The notes below the pieces were generated by a model, which saw only the letters and a list, made by a program, of their open reading frames with translations, had not been told where the DNA came from and made no database searches. Shown here piece after piece: positions 53,632 to 62,932 of a DNA stretch of 64,000 nt (position 1 is its first letter; each line of letters starts with the position of its first letter). Source of the DNA: a virus; IMG/VR virus record IMGVR_UViG_3300028584_000320, positions 1,001-65,000 of that record, one strand, 5' to 3'. A program made the position numbers and the translations under genes.

Positions 53632-55803
53632 CTAGGCTGCCTGCGCTCGATGGAACCGCTTGCCGACAGTCACCATCACGGTGGTGTCGAGCTCGTCTTC
53701 CGACAGCGGAGTGTTCAGCTTCTTGTTGAAGGCGTGAACCTGCTGGTTGACCTCGATCATCGACATGCCGCTGTCCACCAGGGCTAGGGCGTACTTGATC
53801 ATGTGATTGTTGCGGTTGCCCGAAGCAATCCGCTGGGCGAACCAGCGCTCGAGGTTGTCGTGGGACTGGAGCTTGCGGTTTTCCTGGATGTACTGCTCGT
53901 TCCGGGAAGTCTTTGGAATGAAGGGCAGGGCGTCCAGAAGCTCTCCATCGTTGTAGTGGTATTGGCCTCCTTCGAAGCACTCCCACTTCTTCTCGCGCTT
54001 CTCCGAAGACTCATCGGTCTTGAAGGGAAGCCACTCAAAGATCAGAGACATGAACTCCTTATACTCAGCAGAGTCGAGCTCAAGGTAGTAATTGATAGGG
54101 AAGATCAGCCTAAACCTGTTGGCGTCTTCAGTTGAGCGCTTGGTGGTATAGGTGAAGAACTTGTAGTCTTTCAGAAGTTCATGAGCAGCATCAAGACTGA
54201 TGCCCTCATCAACGTCGATCACCACAAGGTTGAAGCCGGTGAGGATGTTCTCTTCGGCTCTATGTCCCTGACCAATGTCACCTTTCTTGAAGTGGTGATT
54301 GGTCCAGTGCATCCCTGGTGCCTGGGTCAGCAGATGGAGCTGATCGAAGGGCACCTTCTCGGCCAGGTAGTTGTAGGCCCAGTGGTCGCTGTAGGAGACG
54401 ACCATCTCGTTGAGATCGGTCTTGGTCAGGGTTTCCCCTTTGAAGAACTCGATGCCGTCGACGAACGACTTCTTGATGATGATGTGCTGCTTGTAGCCCC
54501 AGGCCGTGGCCAGGTTCATCATGTCCTGCCGAGCAACATTGCTCTTGGGATAGAACGACAGGTCCTCCAGAAGGTCGGTATGGGTGACCTCGTTGTCGGA
54601 GTCGGCCATATACCGGGCCAGCTTCACATAGGTCCTCTCGCGGGTGAGGATCGTCTGAAATGAGGCGCCAGACTCTTCGACCAGGAGGATGGCCGAGAGC
54701 AGCTGCTCCATTTCTATCTCATTGGATCCATCGACGAAGGCATATGCGCCGGCGAGCTTGAGGGCCTTGAAGTAGCGGTGGCTGATCTCGGCCTTACGGA
54801 TCTCTTCGTGATCCTTCATGCCTTCAGCTGCCCGCTCACAGGCGATCTTGTACTCGATCAGCTTGATGCCAACCTCGTCTTCGACAGTCATCTTCCAGCC
54901 GTAACAAACCGGGTCGGCCAGCCCGTGAAAGTAGTTGGACCACTTCTTGATGGCGGCGTCGTTCTTGGTTGAGGTGAGGCTGTTGTAGATCTCTTCAGGC
55001 GTGCTGGTGAGGTAGGCCCGATCAGAGAGACCACCCCAACCGAACAGGCACCGCCTAGCGTAGCCGGTGTCGAGCAGGGAGTAGAAGAGGTCCTCGGTTG
55101 GGCCACCGTCCAGCAGCTTAGAAGGCGTGCCGAACATCAGCATGTTGGTTGGCGTTTTGCCGTCCAGGTCTTCGCCGCGGCTGTTGTCCTTGCTTTCTTT
55201 GGTCAGCTTGGGCTTCACCCGTCCCTGGTCAAAGAGCTCCAGGAACAGGATGAGGCCCTCGGTTGACTTGGCCAGGTTGAGACCAACCTCGTCGATCTGC
55301 AGGCTGACAGCGCCGCAGCCTGCCATCAGCAGCTTCTTGCGCATCTGCTTGACGGCTGGCGAGGAAGCTTCGTCGAAGGTATAGAGAAACGAGCCGACAG
55401 CTTTGTATTCGATGCTGACTTTGTCAAACTCGGCCTGCTGATCGGTGCCGTCTCGGGCTGCCCGATCGTTGGCGATCTTCCAGAGATTATCTTCAGCGAC
55501 GGTAGGCATGGTCTCGTCGAGGAACCGGCGTTTGAAGCCCTTCATGAACTCCTCTTCGACGATCGAGACGGAGTAGCCCTTGCCAAAGCCGGAGGTGGCC
55601 AGAGCCAGGGCATAGGTGTTGACGGGGATCTCGCCACGATCTTTGGTGACGATCGAGGCCCTCATGTTGGAGGCCATCTTCGAAAGGAAGTAGGCGGCTT
55701 CGACCTGGAAAAATCCGCGGTCGGTATTCTGGGTCTTGTTGCAAAGCACGTCCACCATTTCGGTGAGGGCTGGGTGGTGCTTGACCCCAGTCAAATCGAT
55801 CAT
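53632..55803 (-). CDS. DNA primase (N4 gp43-like) with P-loop region and PriCT-like C-terminus
   Basis: ATSGFGKG; VVIDVDEG; NRFRLIFP; GNRNNHMIKYA; start ATG 55803 via TGATG overlap. Confidence 0.85.
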   Translation of the reverse strand: MIDLTGVKHHPALTEMVDVLCNKTQNTDRGFFQVEAAYFLSKMASNMRASIVTKDRGEIPVNTYALALATSGFGKGYSVSIVEEEFMKGFKRRFLDETMPTVAEDNLWKIANDRAARDGTDQQAEFDKVSIEYKAVGSFLYTFDEASSPAVKQMRKKLLMAGCGAVSLQIDEVGLNLAKSTEGLILFLELFDQGRVKPKLTKESKDNSRGEDLDGKTPTNMLMFGTPSKLLDGGPTEDLFYSLLDTGYARRCLFGWGGLSDRAYLTSTPEEIYNSLTSTKNDAAIKKWSNYFHGLADPVCYGWKMTVEDEVGIKLIEYKIACERAAEGMKDHEEIRKAEISHRYFKALKLAGAYAFVDGSNEIEMEQLLSAILLVEESGASFQTILTRERTYVKLARYMADSDNEVTHTDLLEDLSFYPKSNVARQDMMNLATAWGYKQHIIIKKSFVDGIEFFKGETLTKTDLNEMVVSYSDHWAYNYLAEKVPFDQLHLLTQAPGMHWTNHHFKKGDIGQGHRAEENILTGFNLVVIDVDEGISLDAAHELLKDYKFFTYTTKRSTEDANRFRLIFPINYYLELDSAEYKEFMSLIFEWLPFKTDESSEKREKKWECFEGGQYHYNDGELLDALPFIPKTSRNEQYIQENRKLQSHDNLERWFAQRIASGNRNNHMIKYALALVDSGMSMIEVNQQVHAFNKKLNTPLSEDELDTTVMVTVGKRFHRAQAA

Positions 55804-56780
55804 CAGATGAACGTGTCCTTTTGTTTGCACAGGTCATAGACCTGACAATAGTTGCAGGCTTTAGCTTCGCCGGGGATAGTGATGACTACGCCGACTCCGC
55901 CTTTCTCTGCTTTGAACTGCTCGGCTTCGTGCTTGTTGTCGAAGTTCTTGGTAGAGCGTCCGGAGATCTTGGTGGAGTCCTTGTAGTACTTGTAGGCCGG
56001 CTCTGATCGCCAGAGCTCCTTGTCGGAGCAGGGAGGAATGTTTTCCTCAGGATCGGCCCAGTGTCGTTGGATCAGCGTCAGCCGGTCTTTGACCCATCGA
56101 TCGGTTTCAGCCACCGAAAGAAGCGGGATGTGCTTCTCCTCAACCCGCTTCTGCGGGTACTTCGGATTGGTCTTGGCCTGCATCCTCGACCAGTCGGTGA
56201 AGATGTAGTTGATGTGGATGTGGTTGCCGTAGATCTTCTGGGGATTGAGCCAGCGATAGAGCGAGCCCTGGACCTGGTGGTCATCGTCCCTGGTTCCGAA
56301 GAGCCAAGAAAAAGCACTGGTGCTCTTGTGGTCGTAGAGCTCACCGTCAGCCACCATGTCGAACTTGCCGCCGACGGTGTAGACGACGTCACCGATGGTG
56401 ACCTCGCGATACTCCCGCTGCTCCATGTAAACAGGGATAGCTTCGTTGGTTGCCCGGAGCTCTTCATCCGTGGGGTTGATGAGGATCCTGGCAATGACAT
56501 CGTCAGGGTAGCCCAGCTGTTTCATGGCCCGCTTGTGGCCATTCTTCCAGGCGCCCTCGATCGAGTCATGGATCGAGTGACCCAGGGCTCGAGCTGTGTT
56601 GTCAGAGACGTCCATCTCACGCTGACCGGCCGGTATGCGGGCACCCAGGATCGTCTGCTTGATGGGCTTCATCAGGCTAGTGGCCGAGATGTAGTTTGGC
56701 TTGTCGACATAGTCATAGGTGTCGTGGAGCAGCCACACTGCCAGAGGCAGGTTGATACCCGTCTTGTTGGTGATCTTCAT
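55803..56780 (-). CDS. PD-(D/E)XK exonuclease (N4 gp42-like, Cas4/AddB-type Cys cluster)
   Basis: GKFDMV...YDHKST; C-terminal CNYC.....C. Confidence 0.8.
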   Translation of the reverse strand: MKITNKTGINLPLAVWLLHDTYDYVDKPNYISATSLMKPIKQTILGARIPAGQREMDVSDNTARALGHSIHDSIEGAWKNGHKRAMKQLGYPDDVIARILINPTDEELRATNEAIPVYMEQREYREVTIGDVVYTVGGKFDMVADGELYDHKSTSAFSWLFGTRDDDHQVQGSLYRWLNPQKIYGNHIHINYIFTDWSRMQAKTNPKYPQKRVEEKHIPLLSVAETDRWVKDRLTLIQRHWADPEENIPPCSDKELWRSEPAYKYYKDSTKISGRSTKNFDNKHEAEQFKAEKGGVGVVITIPGEAKACNYCQVYDLCKQKDTFI

Positions 56781-56852
56781 ATCATGCCCTCTTCAGGATG
56801 ATTTGGGTGCTCTGTCCCGTTGATCGGGATCAGGCGTAGGGCGGTATTTGTC

Positions 56853-57065
56853 TTAGCGCAGTCGTGCGATCTCCCGGGCCAAGTACCAGGCTGCTTTTTC
56901 CAGATCCTGGATTTGGTTGCCCTTCTCGTCGGCTCGCCAGATGTATTTCATGGCGTTGCCGAGGTTGAAGTTCATGTGCTCGGTCACCTGGATGCATTCA
57001 ACGCCGCTAGGGTGTGCGTTGTAGTGCGCCGGATGATTGACCTGGTCCTGGGAGATCTCAGCCAC
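56853..57065 (-). CDS. DUF3310 protein (T7 gp1.7-like)
   Basis: VNHPAHY...ECI...FNLGNAMKYIWRA..K...DLEKA.WYL; GTG start at 57065. Confidence 0.85.
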   Translation of the reverse strand: MAEISQDQVNHPAHYNAHPSGVECIQVTEHMNFNLGNAMKYIWRADEKGNQIQDLEKAAWYLAREIARLR

Positions 57066-57402
57066 GTTCCAAAAGGTCCTTGGTGAAGTCGATGATCTCA
57101 GCCGAAGGCTTGACTCGTTCCTGGACGGCCAGGCCCTCAGGACGAGCATTGAACTCGGCTTCGGTCATCTCGCCAAGGAGAACCAGGTTGGTGACGATAA
57201 CGTCAATGACTTCAGGGCTTTCACCCAGCTTCTTGAACATAGTGACCTGCAAAGCCTGTTGGGCTTTGCCCAGCTGGTGCAGGCCGATGTTCTCGTTGTC
57301 GGTGATGATCATGGCATTCTGGGGAATGCCCTGAATGCCGGCGTCGCTGTTGATGATCACATTGCCGGCGACGAGGTAGTAATACTGCTTCAATTCGCTC
57401 AT
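57058..57402 (-). CDS. conserved N4-like hypothetical protein
   Basis: 114-aa ORF, YYLVAGNV...LGKAQQALQ...DV.V.NL..LGEMT..EF. Confidence 0.75.
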   Translation of the reverse strand: MSELKQYYYLVAGNVIINSDAGIQGIPQNAMIITDNENIGLHQLGKAQQALQVTMFKKLGESPEVIDVIVTNLVLLGEMTEAEFNARPEGLAVQERVKPSAEIIDFTKDLLERG

Positions 57403-57421
57403 TTGGTTCTCCAGAGCAGCT

Positions 57422-58169
57422 CTAAGCGGCTGCTAACATTTGGCTGTCGATGATGTTGTAGATGTCGCCTTCACTAGCCCCGTTAGGAATAGTGATGTCT
57501 TGGCTCCAGTCGGGATAGAATATGGACAGTTCTCCGCCCAGCTTGACCTGATCATGGGCAATGTCTGGGTGGTCTTGCCACTGAACAGCACTTACCAGAT
57601 GCTCGTTCAGGTACATTAGAGCCTTGATGTCGTCCTTAACGAGGGCATAGCCGGCGTCATGGATCTGAGCACAAGGTCTGATCATAGTTCGATACGGAGA
57701 GTTCCGCACCTTGATCATGGTCTCGCTCCAGGCCCTGGAGTTTAGAAGACACCAGGATTGTCCAAGAGCGTTACCTGCTGACCTGCCTTCGGCTTCTGCT
57801 TCGAAGGGTGTCTTACTCGTGCCACGAATGACTTGAGCTAGTTTTGGCGTCCTCAGTCGTAGCCCGAAAGCCACAGTCACGTATCCTGTTCTACTAGCCT
57901 CGTCCAGCTTGGCAGAGACCCACTTGTCGCTGACCTCGTACATGGCGTGATAGCGTTCTTCGATCAGCTTGGCTTTCTCCATAGAGAAGCCGCAGTTAGC
58001 CATTAGCGCCTGGTACGTACCTTGGTAGGTAAGAGCAAAAGGTAGGCGCCTTCGATTCCTGCCGAAGTGCGCCCCCTTTCGTCCCAGAGATCTTGTTGAT
58101 CTCGCTGACATTGAACGTAGTGGGAGAGATCTCCTCGATTCCCGCGACGTCTGCTATATTAACTTCCAT
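57422..58169 (-). CDS. DNA polymerase (family A) C-terminal fragment, interrupted by a +1 frameshift at 58037-58040
   Basis: Frame 1 from ATG 58169: MEVNIADVAGIEE...ALRQESKAPTF; frame 2 continues (F)ALTYQG...AQIHDAGY (motifs B and C). Confidence 0.85.
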
Positions 58170-58891
58170 TGAAATCCGTATCCAATTTTCTGGGAATTAC
58201 CGGGGTTCAGCGCGTTGGCGATGGGGCCGCTCGTGAGCTTTCCAAGCGACCTGGCGGCAGCGGTGGGGCTTGGAAAAGTGGCGACGATGGTGCCCGTGGC
58301 TGGGTCTATTTGAGCCACGGGTCGCCGCCTGGGCGCATTGGCTTCGGTGTTTCTGGCCCGCTTTTGTTGGACCAACATAGCCTCAAAGTCTTTGTCGCGC
58401 CTTGTACGGATGGCGTGATTACGTAGGTTGATGGTCAGCCTGGACAACCCCACCCCCATACGTTTTGCCAGCAGCGTCATACTGTGATTGAGCAAAAATT
58501 CTTCCAACAGCCAATCGAGCTCGTTCGCATCAAAGTTCCTCTTTTGGCTCATATTGCCGAGCCTGTAGGCGTGCTTGATGTTCTCAGACTGCGTACACCA
58601 CTCCAAGTTATACAATCGCGGATTTGAGCGGTTTGCGTCGATGTGGTTGACGAAAGGCTTAAACTCCGGATTTGGAATGTAGGCCCCTGCAACAAGTCGA
58701 TGCAGCAGTTTAGCCGTGACTTTGCCGCTCTTGGAGAGATTCACATAGATGTAGCCGTTCTCGTTGAGGGTGTGCTTTAGCGTCGTCCCTTTAATTGTGT
58801 TAGTGACAATACCGTCCTCAGACACAGTGTAGTTCTCAAAGCCCGCTATTTTTCTCAAAGTATTCCTCAATTGGCGTACGGACACCCCCAT
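58154..58891 (-). CDS. HNH homing endonuclease (NUMOD4-HNH-NUMOD1 type) inserted in the polymerase gene
   Basis: YTVSEDG.V; LHRLVA..YIPN....FVNHID.NRSN...NLEWCT.SEN..HA; V.QID..TG..VATFPS...AAR; likely TTG start 58858. Confidence 0.9.
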   Translation of the reverse strand: MGVSVRQLRNTLRKIAGFENYTVSEDGIVTNTIKGTTLKHTLNENGYIYVNLSKSGKVTAKLLHRLVAGAYIPNPEFKPFVNHIDANRSNPRLYNLEWCTQSENIKHAYRLGNMSQKRNFDANELDWLLEEFLLNHSMTLLAKRMGVGLSRLTINLRNHAIRTRRDKDFEAMLVQQKRARNTEANAPRRRPVAQIDPATGTIVATFPSPTAAARSLGKLTSGPIANALNPGNSQKIGYGFQWKLI

Positions 58892-60896
58892 CGGTTACTA
58901 TAAAGTCCCCACTTTTGCACATCAAGATGTTATTGCCTACTTTGACCCGAAAACATCTGTCCTCTGGCTGTGCTTGACGAACCTCTGGCATATGCTCGCT
59001 ATAGTACGCGTAGGCCCTGAGTGAGTGCCCGTCGTACCCATCACTGTAGACCTTTAATTTAGCGGGATCCTTCGTCGTCAGAGCCGAGATCCGGTCTTCG
59101 AGAGATGCGAAATCCAGGCCAACAAACATCCAGCCTGGTGGTGCTGCGAAGCACTTCTTGATCCACTTGGCGTAGAGCGCAGCCTTCTCGGACTTTCCGT
59201 TGGCCGGCAGGTTCTGCAGGTTTGGGTTTGAGCTCGACAGGCGACCACTGATGGTGCCTCCGAGATTGAAGTTGCCAAACAGGTAGTGCCAGCTATCAGG
59301 CCCCTGTACGGCCGCTTCCAGGGCCGGGATGAAGGACGTCAGGATCTTGTTGACCGCGGCGTGGTCACTCATCGCATCCAGGAAGTCGATTATGTCCTGT
59401 TGTGTCGTGTGGTTCCGCAGAGCCCTGATGGTCTCCCCGTCCACCGATGGCTGTTTGTTGTCAGTGTAAGAGATGACCGGCAGGTCGAGCATCTCATAGA
59501 GGAGGCTCTGCAGCTGGGGACCAGAGTTGGGATTGAAGGTGATCTCGTCCCTAACGGTCTTGCTGGTCTTAGCTTCTTCCAGGGTCTCGGTGACCGTGGT
59601 GCGCTTCTTCTTCCACTTGGCATTGCGAGTGGCGACGCTTTTTTCCAGGAGCTTGTAGTTGAAGCGCTGAACCACCTGGCTCCCATGGATAGAGGCCATG
59701 GCTCCGTTGTAGTCAGTCTGTAGGGCCTTTTTGCTTTTGATGACCTGCTTCATGTCGACCGGCATTCCGGTCAGCTGCATCTGGATGATGTCGACTGTGG
59801 CCGGCTGGAATACGTCTCGGTAGACCGACAGCTGGTCATCACGAACCAGGGTGTCCCAGTGCTTGTCGTGGACGAACCAGGTCGAGAGACCGTCAATCAG
59901 ATTGTAGCGGAGCAGGTCAGGCAGAGGGATCTTCCTGATGTCAGGATCGTCACCTAGCAGGGCGTAATTGCCAGAGAACTCCTGGGCCTGCTCCTTGAGG
60001 CTGAGCTTGTTGCCGGCGCAGCTGTTGGTGGCCAGGTAAGTGATTAGCTTGGTGCATTCCCAGCCACCTGGGCGAAGCATGATCGACAGGCCATCCAGGA
60101 GACCCTCGGTGTCGAGGATGTGCTCCATGAAGAGCTGATAAATCAGGACGTAAATGTCGAAGGCGGCATTGTGGTAGATCAGCTTGTTGCGGAACTGCTG
60201 GAAGAAAGCCTTCAGCATGTCTCGCACGATCTTACCGTCTGGCCCCAGATCTACCGGGAACACCACCCCCTCGTGTTGGCTCCAGCAGAGGGTGATTGTG
60301 CCGATGCCCGCTGAGTTGTGCTTGAGGCTGAACGTCTCGATGTCACAGGTCAGGGGCATGTCGCTATCGATAAGCTGGATGAGCCAGTGCTCGATCTCTT
60401 CAGGCGTCTGAGGGTAGGCAGCATACTTGATGATGCTGGTGCCAGGCGCCTCATAGCCACCGGCCCTGTAGGCCTTCATGGCGTCTATGCCCTGGGCGAT
60501 CTTTCCGCGGATCTTGTCTGGATCGTAGAAGATCTGGCGCTGGTTGGGGACGTAGACGACCTTCCAGGGGCCGAACTTGCAATCTAGCACGTAGCCCAGA
60601 TTGGCGTCGGCTTTGCTGACGCCGGCGAGGACCTTGAAATACTCCGAGTCGTTAACAACGATGATCTCGGTGCCCATGTCGATCCAGGTCGGGACAAGCT
60701 CTTCAGTGATGTAGCGCTTGAACTCGGCGACAGGGGTCTTCTTGGTCTCTCCATAGTGGAGATCGAGGATTAGGACCTCGTTAGGGTCCAGGCTGTGGGC
60801 GTCGATATAGGCCTTGCGGATCTCATCCTTCCTGATGGTTTGAACCAGCAGGCAGATCGGATAGGCGTCCTGTTCAGAGAAGGTGAGAAATCGCAT
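58836..60896 (-). CDS. DNA polymerase (family A) N-terminal fragment: UDG-like, 3'-5' exo, motif A
   Basis: TCDIETF, YHNAAFD, YNLID exo motifs; GRLSSSNPNLQN; motif A GLDFASLE; DGHSLRA; start ATG 60896 via TAATG. Confidence 0.92.
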   Translation of the reverse strand: MRFLTFSEQDAYPICLLVQTIRKDEIRKAYIDAHSLDPNEVLILDLHYGETKKTPVAEFKRYITEELVPTWIDMGTEIIVVNDSEYFKVLAGVSKADANLGYVLDCKFGPWKVVYVPNQRQIFYDPDKIRGKIAQGIDAMKAYRAGGYEAPGTSIIKYAAYPQTPEEIEHWLIQLIDSDMPLTCDIETFSLKHNSAGIGTITLCWSQHEGVVFPVDLGPDGKIVRDMLKAFFQQFRNKLIYHNAAFDIYVLIYQLFMEHILDTEGLLDGLSIMLRPGGWECTKLITYLATNSCAGNKLSLKEQAQEFSGNYALLGDDPDIRKIPLPDLLRYNLIDGLSTWFVHDKHWDTLVRDDQLSVYRDVFQPATVDIIQMQLTGMPVDMKQVIKSKKALQTDYNGAMASIHGSQVVQRFNYKLLEKSVATRNAKWKKKRTTVTETLEEAKTSKTVRDEITFNPNSGPQLQSLLYEMLDLPVISYTDNKQPSVDGETIRALRNHTTQQDIIDFLDAMSDHAAVNKILTSFIPALEAAVQGPDSWHYLFGNFNLGGTISGRLSSSNPNLQNLPANGKSEKAALYAKWIKKCFAAPPGWMFVGLDFASLEDRISALTTKDPAKLKVYSDGYDGHSLRAYAYYSEHMPEVRQAQPEDRCFRVKVGNNILMCKSGDFIVTDGGVRTPIEEYFEKNSGL

Positions 60897-61405
60897 TAGT
60901 AAAGTAGCCTCGCACAAGCATAAAACTCAATACGAGGCAGCGTCTTTAGGTACTGCTTCATGGTTCGAGTGTCATGCTGAATGGTGTATGCCGCGTCTCT
61001 TAGCCTTGGAAGAGTCTTGAGATCTTCCAAGGTGTCGACGATGCAGTTGGGAAGCGCATCTCTAATGTCTTGAGTGTCGTTACAAGGCATTAGAAGAGGC
61101 ACCAACATTTGGGATATGAGGTGCCGATCGGTCCAGACCTTCTCGATGTCAGCCAGGTATTCGTCCATAGTATCGACAAGTGAGGGATGAAGGCTGGCTC
61201 GTGTTCTAGTACCTCTGGCCAAGTTCGCAGGAAAGTAGCTCATGCCTTTATAAGCAAAGCCATCATGCGGCTTGTCCGGGTAACACTCCTTATTAGAAGT
61301 GATAGCTTGGTCCTTGATCTTCTCTAGTCTGCGCTCTTCAGCAGCGAAGAGAGATCCTGCTATGCGCTTGATGACCTCATGCGCGTTACTAAGGGCCATG
61401 CCCAT
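60896..61405 (-). CDS. conserved N4-like hypothetical protein (gp38-like)
   Basis: QDIRDALP..V motif, synteny between helicase and polymerase. Confidence 0.75.
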   Translation of the reverse strand: MGMALSNAHEVIKRIAGSLFAAEERRLEKIKDQAITSNKECYPDKPHDGFAYKGMSYFPANLARGTRTRASLHPSLVDTMDEYLADIEKVWTDRHLISQMLVPLLMPCNDTQDIRDALPNCIVDTLEDLKTLPRLRDAAYTIQHDTRTMKQYLKTLPRIEFYACARLLY

Positions 61406-61409
61406 CCTC

Positions 61410-62714
61410 CTATTGGATTATGCCTCCGTACTTATCAGCCAGCTTTCCATAGAAAGCGATGCGTGTTCGGGGGCGAGAGACAGCAACGTACAGCATCCGA
61501 GCCGCTTGGTTTGGATTGTGGCAGTCGCTGATGTTGGCGGCGTCAATGTAGATGGTCTCGGTGGTGCTGCCTTGAGCCTTATAGACTGTGGAGGCATCAC
61601 GTTGGCGCAGATCAGGAACCTTGTTCTTCAAGAAGAAGTAACGGTTCCAGTTAGCTTTGCTCTTGTACCACTTGAGCAGAGACTCGAAGTGGGGACGATC
61701 GACCGGCATAGTGACGTTCTTGAACACCTCGCCCAGAGCGGTGCGTAGGTCGGTGCGTCGAACCACCAGAGAGAACTCGCTGTCGACCTCGAGCAGCTCG
61801 GTTTGGGATGCCTGGCTGAGGATTGTGACTTCCTCTTCGACCTTCAGCATCCGGTCCTTGAACTGGATTGCTGAGCTGCTGACAAGGCGTTCACCGACTT
61901 TGAACTCGCTGGGCAGCTGTCGGACTTCACGGATGAAGTCGTTGTAGGTAACCACCTGGCGGTTGGTGTAGGCGAGGATCCGGCTGTCGTGGTCTTGGGT
62001 GCTGAAGACCTGGGAAATCTCAGCCATCATTTCGTCAGGGGTGAGGTGATCGATGACACCCGGGACAACCTGGATCGGTTGAAAGATCCCTGTCTCCACG
62101 GTGTTCCTGAGCTGCTGGCAGATTGCCATCAGAGCCGGCTGAGCACTGTTTCGCATTGGCTCAGTCAGCACGAAGTGCTTGATGCCGCGGCGGTAGATCG
62201 GCGAGAGCGGCTCGGTAATTGGAGCCATCTGGCAGTGATCGCCGACGTAGACGATCTTGCAGTTGTGGGTGCCCTCCAGGATCGCTGTTTCCAGGGGGCT
62301 GTCGATCATCGAGCACTCGTCGACGAACAGGATCTTTCGTTCGTGGACGACCCAGTTGGTGGTCTTGGTGACCTTGGACTTGCCGGTCTCGTAGTTGTCC
62401 TGGACCTTCAGGTTCATAAAGGAGTGGATGGTCGACGCCGGCCGTCCGGTGGACAGGCTCAGGGCCTCGACAGCCTTGTTGGTGGTGGCTGTCATTTCGA
62501 CGGAGTCGTACTGAGGCGTGATGCCCATCAGTTTGCAAGCTTCATAGTACCGCGGCATGATCTCATCGATCATGTGACCCATCAGGAAGGTCTTGCCGTA
62601 GCCACCTGGCCCGCTGATCACCAGCTCCTTGTCTTCGCTGAAGAGGAAAGAGAAGAACCCTTCTGCAGCCTCGTTCTGCCCCTGGTTCAGGGGAGGCTTG
62701 GGTTGAGCGCTCAT
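61410..62714 (-). CDS. SF1B Dda/RecD-like DNA helicase (N4 gp37-like)
   Basis: SGPGGYGKT, FVDECSM, VGDHCQ, TVYKAQGST, YVAVSR. Confidence 0.93.
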   Translation of the reverse strand: MSAQPKPPLNQGQNEAAEGFFSFLFSEDKELVISGPGGYGKTFLMGHMIDEIMPRYYEACKLMGITPQYDSVEMTATTNKAVEALSLSTGRPASTIHSFMNLKVQDNYETGKSKVTKTTNWVVHERKILFVDECSMIDSPLETAILEGTHNCKIVYVGDHCQMAPITEPLSPIYRRGIKHFVLTEPMRNSAQPALMAICQQLRNTVETGIFQPIQVVPGVIDHLTPDEMMAEISQVFSTQDHDSRILAYTNRQVVTYNDFIREVRQLPSEFKVGERLVSSSAIQFKDRMLKVEEEVTILSQASQTELLEVDSEFSLVVRRTDLRTALGEVFKNVTMPVDRPHFESLLKWYKSKANWNRYFFLKNKVPDLRQRDASTVYKAQGSTTETIYIDAANISDCHNPNQAARMLYVAVSRPRTRIAFYGKLADKYGGIIQ

Positions 62715-62932
62715 GCTTGCTCCAGGGTGTTAAGGGGCCGCATGTTCTTGATTGCCTCAGCCACCTGTTCAGCCGTCTCCCAAGTGATAATTATCTCTTG
62801 AGGAGTACTGTCGGATTCAATGTAGGCAATGCGGCACAAACTAAGGCCATCGTTGTCGGGCGATACTTCGACGTAGAAGTTGCGGTTGTTTTCGTAGACA
62901 CGGGCAGTGTGTTCCGTCCATATGTTGGTCAT
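62711..62932 (-). CDS. hypothetical protein
   Basis: 73-aa ORF, ATGA overlap with helicase; preceded by CAATCCTGAA variant. Confidence 0.7.
   Translation of the reverse strand: MTNIWTEHTARVYENNRNFYVEVSPDNDGLSLCRIAYIESDSTPQEIIITWETAEQVAEAIKNMRPLNTLEQA

Noticed and set aside
55803-56780. Cas4-like nuclease as a sign of CRISPR
   Set aside because: It is a syntenic N4 core replication gene; no repeat-spacer array or other cas genes are visible in the window.
58012-58111. ATG 58111 as the start of the polymerase C-fragment
   Set aside because: That frame gives RNRRRLPF instead of the conserved RQESKAPTF of motif B; the conserved sequence is in the frame from ATG 58169.
58100-59000. Group I intron or split intein joining the polymerase halves
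   Set aside because: No non-coding space or recognisable P7 (GACUA/UAGUC) pairing, and no intein Cys-start or His-Asn end. Not fully excluded without RT-PCR.
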